A DNA stretch of 64,000 nucleotides from Protoeuglena noctilucae (Eukaryota): NCBI GenBank assembly GCA_958009085.1, contig OY253677.1, forward strand, positions 744,001-808,000, read 5' to 3'. The notes beneath the pieces are model-generated. The model was given only the letters and a program-made list of their open reading frames with translations. It did no database searches and was not told the origin of the DNA. This document shows positions 54,116-64,000 of the stretch, piece by piece (position 1 is the stretch's first letter; the number at the start of each line of letters is the position of its first letter). The translations under genes and the position numbers were made by a program.

Positions 54116-56217
54116 ATGGGCGAGGCTGCTTGGGAGCAGGACTTCGAGTCCTTGCTGGACAGCCCAGCGGCGATGCACGAGACCCTGACGGGCCCCAACG
54201 CGTTGCGGGACCTCGAGGCGCTCGAGGCAGCCAAGCTGCGGCAGGGGAAGGCCTCAACGAGCGCCGCGGGGCGGAAGGGGAGGGTCTCAGGACGGTGAGC
54301 CTTGCTCGTGAAACCCTCGCGCCCGCGAACCGCCCGTCGTCGGCCCGACCGACGTCACCGCAACCGCATGATTGCTGTGCCACTCTGCAGGCATCCGCAC
54401 GCCTCGCGCGGCGGACACGGGCGCGGCGGGACCGGCGAGCGCGAGGGCGCCGTAACCTTCTCGATGGCGGAATACACGCGGGAAGTGAGCCGGGAGGACG
54501 TGGGCGACGACGTTCCTTGGGACAAAGCGTCGGTCCGCGAGCTCACGTCCGGTGAGGCAGGGCCCCGTCACCCTCAGGCAGGGGAGGCGTGGAGTTGGGG
54601 AAGCAGAAACGAGCCTGGCAGTCCCCTCCATCCTCGCTCGCAGGCAGCACGGACTCCGTGGATGATCCCCTGGACGGCCGTCGCTCCGAGTCGGGCCACT
54701 GGCGCGCGGGGCAGCTCTTGCCGGCCGGCAATGCGTCAGCCGTGGTCTTTTGCCCCCTGGGGCGCGTGGCGGGGGGCAGCAACGAGGGAGAGGCGGCGTT
54801 TGCGGACTGGCTGGGCAAGGGCCGGTGGTTCGGACACATGCATAACGTGGGGCAGCCCCTGACACCCATCCTCGAGGCACGGACCTTGGAGCGGGAGGCA
54901 TGCGCGGAGCCGGTGAGCATCCAGGCGCGCGCGCCCGACCCCGGAACCGCCGTGGGGCTAGCGTGTGTTGCTCTCAGCCACAGTTTCCGGCGGCCGCCAC
55001 CCACGCCAGACCTGCGAGCGCGCCCCCCCCGCCATCACACATCGCCGCCCACCTGTCGAGCCAGCCAGCGCTAACGGTCGCTCAGCTTATGGCACGCAAC
55101 GACGTTCCCCATCGTTCCGCGCGCGCAGTCGGGTCCCTTGCCCGCCGTTGAGGCCCCGCCGCCCCCGGGCACGCCGGCCCCCCCCGACCGGGCGACGGAT
55201 GGGGCGAAGCGGACGGGGGACATGAAGCGCGCGGCCAGCGAGGGGGCAGCGTTGGCCGCTTTGGAGTTCCGGGAATCGCCTCTCGGGCCCCTCCAGGGCC
55301 TGCGGGTGGAGGCCCTGGCTCTGCAGAGCCCCGCCAGTCATCGCCGCGAGGCTGCGGCTGACAGCGACCAAGCGCGGCAGCGGAGTCTGTCGGGGAGCGC
55401 CGAAGCGGGGTCGCTGAAGCTCCCCGCACTGGGGCGCAGGGGGGACGCGGGGCGAGCGGGGGCGGGGGCAGTGGCGGAGCAAGAGGGCAAAGGGGGTGGG
55501 GGTGTCACACCAGTGCGCGGGGGGAAGGCGGGAGCCGCGGGGGGCCGCGGCGGGAAGGCGGGCGGCGGCGGCGGCGGTGGCGGGGGGACTGGGGCCGCCA
55601 TGGCGTCTCCGCTGGCCCCCTTGGGCCGCCGGCATTGGGCGGTGCTGGAGGGCAGGACTCTCGCATTCGACGCCGCGCGAGGGGACGCGGCGCGGGGGGA
55701 CGCGCGGCACCGGCTGTCCCGCGCGGCGACGGAGGGGTCGGCGGCGCCTGCTCCGGACGCGGCGGCGGCGGCGGCGGCGCTGAGAAGCGGTGCGAGTGCG
55801 GGGCTGCTGGGGTCCGCCTCGCCGGGGGCGCCGTTGCGGGCCCGGGACCCCGCCCGCGTCTCGAGCGGCGCTGGGGAAGGCCCGCCCGGCGCGGGGGAGG
55901 CGCGGGAGGGCGCGGTGGGTCCCCGGGATGCGCTTGTTGCGCACGCGGCGTCCTGGCGCGTGGCCAGCGTGCACGAGGGCGGGCGCGGGGACGTAAAGAG
56001 GGACGATTGTGCCTCTGCGGAGGAGAGGGCGGGCCCGGGGTTGCTGCCGCAGAGCCTTCTGTCGTTGAGCTTGGACGGGCACCCAGTCCTCCTGCAGCAG
56101 AGCCGCTCCGAGTCCCGCGCGCGGCCGGTGCGGGACCTCGATCGCCAAGTGACGCAATCCGGGTCCGAGGGACACCTGCCCGCGCTGCGCCGGGGTGTGC
56201 CGCGGGAGCTGCGCTGA
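54116..56217 (+). CDS. Hypothetical low-complexity protein (spliced)
   Basis: ATG 54116, GT-AG-bounded exon blocks with compatible frames, long last exon ending at TGA 56217. No family recognised. Confidence 0.45.
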
Positions 56218-56472
56218 CGTTTGTCCGCCAGAACGCCGCGCTCGAGACTTTATGCATGGATTTTTCGTGTACGTTGATCTGCTCGCGACTCGCGTCTCGC
56301 TGTCCGTTTCCCAGCCTTCTTCGCTCCGGCCTGGCGTCGTGAGCTGCGGGCATTGCTTCGGTGTGATCTCTTCCCGGCAAAGCGGGGCACCTGGTCGCGG
56401 CGCGCTGTTCGCACGGGCTAATTTTGAACGTTTTGCGTGTGTTTCTGGGCAACTCGCGATCGAAAAGGCGCC

Positions 56473-59400
56473 ATGTCGCTGCGGCGAGCTGCGTGCAGCT
56501 GGGCCGCTGTGGCTCCCCGGTTAAGCCCCCGGGGGCCTCAATGCGCCGCCTTCGCATCTGCTGCCGAGGAGCTCGATCGCAAAGCGCAGGCGAGCATTGC
56601 GAATCGGGCTTACAACTTGCCGGCTCGCCGGTTGCTGGGCCGCGAGCAGCTCCGCAATGCGAGTGCAGAAAACGCACCCGCGACTCCTTCCCGCAGGAGC
56701 ACGGGCCTCTGGCGGGCATCCGTGTTTTGGACCTCGGCCAGGTGAGCCGCGGCGTCGGCTGTTCGCGGGGGATTCAGGCGGGAGAGGCGATTCACGATCC
56801 GCTCGCCGCTGCTCCGCGCAGGTCGTCGCGGGCAACTTCGCGGGCGCGATACTGGCCAATTTCGGGGCGGACGTCATCAAGATCGAGAGCCCGAAGGGCG
56901 ACCAGCTGCGCTCGCTGCGTGTGCGCGACGACGTGGGCACGTCGCTGTGGTGGCGCTGCCACAACCGCAACAAGCGCTGCGTGACGGTGGATTTGCACAA
57001 GGATGCCGGGAGGGACATTGTGCGGAGACTGGCGCAGAAGAGCGACGTGCTGATTGAGAATTTCCGGCCCGGGGTGATGGAGGGGTGGAAGCTGGGGCCG
57101 GGCGACCTGCCGCCCTCGCTGGTCTACGCCCGCATCAGCGGGTACGGCCAGACCGGGCCATTAGGCGAGTAGATTGTATGCTGGAGACACCATAGATATT
57201 TGCATCCATTGATTTTGTTCCTGTACACTACATACAAGAACATGGATCGTGGCGTGTCACGCAAACGTGCTTGATGCTTGCAGCCAAGTTGCCGGGGTAC
57301 GGGTCCGTGTGCGAGGCGTTCGGGGGATTCAGGTGACCTGATTGAGTGGCAGGTGTATTGTTGTACAACATGGGTAGATGTTACATGAGTAGATGGTTTG
57401 AAGACACACACGCACTTGCAGACCCACCCTCATAGCATCCGCATCTCTTCTCACCCCAACCCCCAGGTACATCAATGGTTACCCCAATCAACCCCCTTCT
57501 GTGTTCTCATCCCACCACAGGTACATCAATGGTTACCCCAATCAACCCCCTTCTGTGTTCTCATCCCACCACAGGTACATCAATGGTTACCCCAATCAAC
57601 CCCCTTCTGTGTTCTCACCCCACCACAGGTACATCAACGGTTACCCCGACCGTCCCCCCGTCCGCCCCAACACGAGTCTGGGTGACAACCTGGCAGGCAT
57701 CCACGCAGCGCTGGGCATCGTGATGAGTCTCCTGCACCAGCAGCGCATGCGGGGGATGGGGGATGTGAGGGCGCCGGGGCAGGTGATGGAGACGTTGGGT
57801 GGGTGTGTGATGAGCTGTGATGCACTTGCAGTAGCAATGCATGGGGCTGGGGGACAAGAGTGCGCCAGGGCAGGTGAGGGAGGGTAATGCTTGGGAGGTG
57901 CTGTGGTGAGTTCACTGCACCTGCAATGGCAATGCACGCACATAAGCTCGTGCTACATCCCCAGGTAGTGGACGCCGCCATTTCCGAGTCGGTGTTTAAC
58001 ATGATGGAGGCGTGCGTGTCGGAGTACCTGCATGCGGGGGTGGAGAGGCAGCCCAGCGGGTCCACCATCTCGGGGGTGGTGCCCAGCGGGACATTCAAGA
58101 CCAAGGCGAGGGGTTGCGTGTTGTGTGGATGTAGCATGAGTGGTGATAGGGGTTTGCATTCGGTCTGTGCCTAGTTAGCACCGCAGGTTGATATCCTCAT
58201 AATCATTTCTCATCCCCACCTGTCAATATCGCAGGACGGCCATTGGGTGGTGATCGGTGGCAACAGCCACTTTCAATTGTAGTTATCATTACCCATATCA
58301 CTCCCCATGCCCACCGCAGGACGGCCCTTGGGTGGTGATTGGCGGGAATGGCAACTCTACTTCTTGATTATCACCCTCCTACACATCTCCCTTCGTCATC
58401 GCAGGACGGCCATTGGGTGGTGATCGGCGGCAATGGCGACTCTGTCTATTCTCGCCTGATGTCGGCCATTGGACGGCCGGACATGGGTGCGAGTAACCCC
58501 CGTTACGCCACCAATGCCGACCGCATGAAACACGAGGGGGAGGTGATGGGGGCGATCGCCGAGTGGTGCGAGGGGCGAACGAGGGACGAGGTGCAAGCGG
58601 CGATGGATGAGGCGCGGTGAGGGGGGTGATAGGGTGGGGTGGGGTGTTGAGTGATGTGTTGAGTGGGGAGTGAGGGTCTGTGTTGTGTGGAGGTGCAAAA
58701 GGCGATGGATCAGGCGCGGTGAGTGGGGCGCTGTGTTGAGTGGTGGTGGGTGGGGTTGAGGAGGGTTGTGAGGTACACTAACAGACATCCATCTCATCCT
58801 CTGTGTCTCACCCCGCAGTGTCCCCGCGGGTCCCATACTCTCGGTGGGTGACATCACGCGCAACGAGCAGTACGCAGCGAGGGGCATGATCGAGGAGGCG
58901 CCTGTGCCGGGTGAGATGAGTACATATGTGATTCTGATTGCGTGACTGTGTGATTGAGTTAGATGAGCAGTACGCAGCGAGGGGCATGATCGAGGAGGCG
59001 CCTGTGCCGGGTGAGATGAGTACATATGTGATTCTGATTGCGTGACTGTGTGATTGAGTTAGATGAGCAGTACGCAGCGAGGGGCATGATCGAGGAGGCG
59101 CCTGTGCCGGGTGAGATGAGTACATATGTGATTCTGATTGCGTGACTGTGTGATTGAGTTAGGTGAGCAGTACGCAGCGAGGGGCATGATCGAGGAGGCG
59201 CCTGTGCCGGGTGAGTGGAGTGGGGATGATTAGATGTATGAAGCTGTTATGTATTATAAGTATTATCAACCCATCCATCAGCACAGCCACGATCGTTGTT
59301 ACCTTGTGTCCCTGCAATGACTGGATAGCAGCAGCAACAACAACAACAACAACAACTCTCACACCATCCCCCCCTCTCTCCCTTCCCAGGCCACTCCTTC

Positions 59401-59562
59401 TCCATTTCTGTCCCCGCCATCCCCCCGATCCTCAGCCGCACGCCCGGCAAGACGTGGACGGCGGGGGCGGACCTGGGCTACCACACCAAAGAGGTGCTGA
59501 TGCAAGAACTGGGGATGAGTGAAGTTGAGGTGGAGAGGCTGAGGGCGCAGGGAGTGATTTGA
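56473..59562 (+). CDS. Class III CoA-transferase (CaiB/BaiF, SUGCT-like), probably mitochondrial
   Basis: GPLAGIRVLDLGQVVAGNF, GADVIKIESPKGD, NRNKR, DVLIENFRPG, ISGYGQTGP, LGDNLAG, LGYHTKEVL. Confidence 0.92.
57461..57650 (+). repeat. 54-bp tandem repeat spanning a 3' splice site
   Basis: CAG|GTACATCAA at 57467, 57521, 57575 and 57629. Confidence 0.92.
58865..59215 (+). repeat. 100-bp tandem repeat spanning a 5' splice site
   Basis: GAGCAGTACGCAGCG...CCGG|GTGAG starting at 58865, 58965, 59065 and 59165. Confidence 0.93.
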
Positions 59563-59844
59563 AATACGAGCAGAGGGGGTGCTTGGAAGTGATACGTGGG
59601 ATAGACGAGGCGACGATGTGTACGCTGCTCATTATTGCCGATATCACCGTCTTGAATCTATGCCTGCCACAGACAGCGACTGTGATGACCGTGTCTATTC
59701 AACCTCGCGCAAGCTGTCTCTTGCACTCAAAGCACCTCCCTATCATCCTATCTCCCACTAGCCCCATCCCATTGACCCATCGTAATATGAGCCTCCCCAG
59801 CTCCGCCCTCCTCCTCATCAACCCTCCATCATCACCTCCGCATC

Positions 59845-62468
59845 TCAAATGAGTTTCCCCAGCTCCGTCTTCTTCCTCATCAGCCCCCTCGCTTTATCGA
59901 TGCCCCCCTCGATGAGCCCAGACACCGTGAACACCCCCCCCACGATGGCGCACACTGACGTCAGGAACGTCAGAAACCCCATGCGGCGCTCCTCCACCAT
60001 CACTTTGATGGGGGAGAGCTCGTAGAAGATGAACAGGCCGGGGAGGGTGCTGCCGAAGCCGGAGCGGTCGACCTGAGTTGGGGGCGGGTGGGGTTGGGAT
60101 GGGGTTACTTTGGATGGAGGTGTTGATGTGGAGTGTGAGGTGGGTGTGAGTGACACGGTTGCTTCAGAACAGGGGGTCAAAATCATAATAATAATAACAA
60201 TAATAATCAATAATTGAATGAACACTTTTTATCACAAGCTCTCGCCTGCGTCTTGACGTGGTCGGTGACGCTGATCTGGTTGCTGGCGATGGTCTTGCCA
60301 TTAAGAGTGGTGTAGGTGGTGGGGACCACCTTCACGAAATACTGGAACTGGGCGCCCTTGGGGGAGCTGGGAAGGGGACATAAGGGAAATGAGATTATGT
60401 TATGCAAGGGGAGTGGGCATCAAACGTGCGCATATATGAAGACAAAAACAGAAAATACAACAAAATATCAAAATTAAATATAATAACATATAAATAACAT
60501 ATATCATAATACATATTATAAATATTACAATATTACAAATCACCCCCCCCCGTCTCACCCCGCCGCGTCGTGCTTGGCCCCGTCCATCGGATGCGACACC
60601 CCGGGGAAGTCGTCCCCGAACCTGACCTTCCCAATCACGTGCGAAAAGTCAAACACCGCGTCTTGCGGGAACACCTCCAAGTCATGCATGTGGGCGCCTA
60701 GCGCGTAGTTGGAGCGGCCGGGGGCGATGTGGAGGTTGCCGCCGATGCGTGCTGTGGTGACCTTGCCCACCACCCGGCACCCCTCGCCCCGCTGCGCGCG
60801 GATCGCGGCTTCGTAGGCGGGGTCCTGGCACTGGGCGAATTGCTGGGGGGGAGATGGGGGGGGGTGTGGGTGGGTGTGGGTGTGGGTGTGGGTAGCAGTG
60901 TGGGTAGCAGTGTGGGAGTGAGAGGGAGAGTGAGAGTGAGAGTGCAGGGAGCAGTGTGGGTGTGGGTGTGGGTGCGGGTATGGGAGCGAGAGTGAGAGCG
61001 CAAGTAAGAGACAGAGCAATTCAACTCACCCGGGGGTTGACGGCCCACCCCATGGCCTTGTACGCGTTGATGACATCCTCGCAGGAGTTGCAGCACCCAG
61101 TGGGGCTCTTGGCCGCATAGCAGCTGCCACAGCCGGGCGTGCCGCCGGGACCCATCGCCCCCTGACCCGACGCGCCCGCGTTGGCGTTTGCGATTGCACC
61201 GTTGGGGTTGGAGTTGGTGGTGGAATTTGAATTTAAGTTATTTGCACCTCCTGCGGTGCTTCCCGATCCCTGCTTCTCCCCCACCTGAGTGGGGAGGGAA
61301 GGGGGCGGGGTTAAGAGGTGAGGGTCACTGAGGGCTTAATTGGGAATGTCACGTGTTCATATGAAGCATGGGAGTGTTAACAAACTCCAGACATCGTGTA
61401 TGATGATTGCCCTGGATGGATGACGCGCCTGCCTCAACACCCCCTTCAAGCGACACACCCATACCTCCCCATCCACACCTGACCCGCCCACATGAATCCC
61501 TCACCTTGCTGTTCGTCCCATACACATCAATGACGTTCCCTTTCGCGTCCAATCGGTACTTGGTCACGTCCCCCTCAGGCGCCATATGAGCATCGCCCGT
61601 GCTGTCCATCACGTCGACGGTCAGCCAGGTGCACGGGGCGCGTGGGAAGGTGACGTCGAAGGTGATGTCCAGCTGCTCCATGCGAGTCGTGTCCACCACC
61701 AGGCGGTGCGTGGTGTCAACCGACAGGTAGCGCCTGGGGGGAGCGGGGGGAGTGGGGTGAGTTAGCAGCGAGGCATGGGTTGTTTCAGTTGTTTCTGACA
61801 GGAGGGAGGTGCGCGGTGTCACCGCGCATCTACAAGCATGTTGAGCCTTGGCTTTCACAGTCAGCATCCCCAACATGCCACCCCCCTCACCTCAGCTCTC
61901 CCAGGAGCAGCAGCACCAGCGCAGTCATGCACCACACTTGCACTCCGTCTCAATCACCTCAGCTCCCCCAGGAACAGCAACACCATCAGCACCAGCGCAG
62001 TCACGGTCAGCATGCCGCCCGACAGGCTCCTTTGAAAGCTGCCCTCGTCCTTGACCTGAGGAGAGGAGAGTAGAAGGTTGCTTACCAAGTTGCAAGCTAA
62101 ATGCTGCAGGGTGGGTGGCGGGATCCAGTGCGCATGGTGGAACGGGCTGTTGCCGGCGCACAAGCAGCATTGCCATTGCGCAGCCCCCTTGCCTTGGGGA
62201 AGGCGTCCAGGCGCTTGAGCACCGAGAGCGGGTGCGAGTCGTCGTTATCCGCGTCATCGGGAGTGTCCACGCGCGCCGCGCGCCGCCGCAGTCCGTCAGA
62301 AGCGAAGGGTGGCGGGGACGACTGGGGAAACGAGGCGATTTCCCCGGCCGAGACGCCCGTCCCGTTGCCTGCGACGCGTCGAAAATAGAATATGAAACCG
62401 CTAAGAGCAAATGCTTGATTGCTCGCATCGCAGCCGCGGCGCGGGGGGCATGCAAAGTGCGCGGGCAT
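59845..62468 (-). CDS. ERGIC3: ER-Golgi intermediate compartment protein 3 (Erv46); start uncertain
   Basis: LKRLDAFPK, LDITFDVTFPRAPC, CGSCY..CCNSCEDVINAY, EGCRVVG, GNLHIAPG, FQYFVKVVPT, LPGLFIFYELSPI, C-terminal LGKLI. Confidence 0.92.
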
Positions 62469-63260
62469 GGATGGGCGCCAGCGCCTCGCGGAGCGCCGCT
62501 AAACTCCGTCCGTGCGCATGTCGGGTTCGCAAGCAAAGCGTCTCACCGGATGCGCTGGGGAAGCGATGGTGGTCCTGCCGTAGGCCCCACGGGCTGGGTC
62601 CTGCCTCGTGCGCCCCCGCATAGCCGTGCGCCGCGTCGCTGCTGCGGGTCAAAGCGCGCGGATCGCCGCTCAGTTTCACTACAGAACAGTATCGTCCCCA
62701 AAACCCGGCTTTGCGCGCGAGATCGGCCGCAGAGGCGATCCGTCCCGCCTGCCTCCGCACCTGCTGGGAGGCCACGGCGCGCCGGCGGGGTCCTGCGGTC
62801 CGCCCCACCGACCTTCCATTGCGTGAGAGATCAGAAACCCAGCGGACACGCTTTGAACCCGCAGAGGATCGCGCAGGGGAAATTCGCGGTGCGAAACGGA
62901 ATAGCCCGCCTCGTCTGCCCGCGCGCCTGCGCGATTCGTAGATCTGCGCCTGCCTGTGTGCCGGCCGGTCCCAGCACGAACAGAGAGAGGGAACCGCAAC
63001 ACCTCACGTGTGCAGCGAGGCCTGCCAGAGAAGACAGCACGAAGATGGCAGCTGGGAGCGAGGGCTGGGGCAGGATCTACAGCTTCACAGGTGCAGCTTC
63101 AGCATCTACATCACCAGCATCTATGTTCTTTTCACTCGCAGGCGGCGGCAATAGAAGCGCATCTCGCCCCCGCACTGGGTAGGTTTTACGGTTCCGTCGT
63201 TGCGCTGCAGGCGCAAACCTATTTATCTATTCCCGCGACCTCTCCGCGACCTCTCCGCGC

Positions 63261-64000
63261 CTAGGGCAGCACGAGGGTCACGTTGGTCAGGTAGCGGCCC
63301 TCGGGGTAGAAAGGGTCCAGGACGTGGTCGGGCCCGGCTCCCGCGACCCGCACCACCGCCGCCCTGCGCCCGGCCGCGTTCAGAGCCCCGCACACCACGT
63401 CCATAAACGTGTCGCTCTGCGTCATGGCCCCTGAGATGTGCGGAGGGTCGACGCGATTGGAATTGCAAAGCATCCGGTGCAAAGCTGCGCGCCTCAACAC
63501 CCAATGCAGTGACCGTGAGACTCGCCCAAAGGCACTGCATCCTATCCCCCTTCCCTTGTCACTCATCAGCCTCACCAGAGCATAAGCATGCCACGAGTGC
63601 TGCATCCCATTCCCCATCGCTAGTGATCATTTCTCACCTGAGCACGAGCACGTCATGAGCACTCCCCCCGGCTTGACGAGCCTCCCGGCCGCCACGTTGA
63701 GTTTCGCGTACTTGCGCGACGCCCGGTCGAGCGCCTGCCGCGACGGCGCCAGCTTGGGAGGGTCGAGGATCACGATGTCGAACTTCTCTCCCGTCGCAGC
63801 GGCCTCCTTCATGTAACTCTCGACGTCGGACCTGCGAGTTTGCAATTGGGCGGGTTGATGGTAACTAATAACAATGCCTGATGGCTCTCCCGCTATAGCG
63901 CTATAACAACTGCCTCCTTCATGTATGTAACTCTCCGCGTCACACCTGACAAATCGGCACTGTTGGGGAGTGAAGTTGTTGAGTTCCGCGTTGGCGGTGG
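63261..64000 (-). CDS. RlmI-like SAM-dependent RNA methyltransferase, 3' part
   Basis: FDIVILDPPKLAP, GGVLMTCSCSG, AGPDHVLDPFYPEGRYLT. Confidence 0.85.

Noticed and set aside
53531..54178. 215-aa minus-strand ORF
   Set aside because: No recognisable domain and it overlaps the start of the plus-strand gene.
57461..59215. Regular repeats as a CRISPR array
   Set aside because: Units are full tandem copies with no unique spacers, in a eukaryotic intronic context with no cas genes.

Overview
GC-rich, intron-dense eukaryotic nuclear DNA, most likely from a green alga (Chlorophyta-like: plastid-targeted genes, a TGTAA poly(A) signal, a selenoprotein). About 20 spliced genes can be supported: CYP26-2-like cyclophilin, RAMA+CW protein, selenocysteine glutathione peroxidase with a clear SECIS, CBA1-like B12-uptake protein, TPR protein, HDAC-family protein, AlkB, GNAT, THI4, a HAD-ThiD-ThiE fusion, a 22-kb VPS13, three kinase/beta-helix paralogs, a class III CoA-transferase, ERGIC3 and an RlmI-like methyltransferase. 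The main highlights are: (1) a two-gene thiamine biosynthesis cluster, with THI4 carrying an intronic TPP riboswitch next to an apparently trifunctional ThMP-phosphatase/HMP-P-kinase/ThMP-synthase fusion; (2) an unusually high number of GC-AG introns; (3) repeated tandem duplications spanning splice junctions; (4) a birth-and-death family of kinase + variable beta-helix-repeat genes. Gene models were built by hand and exon boundaries have no transcript support.
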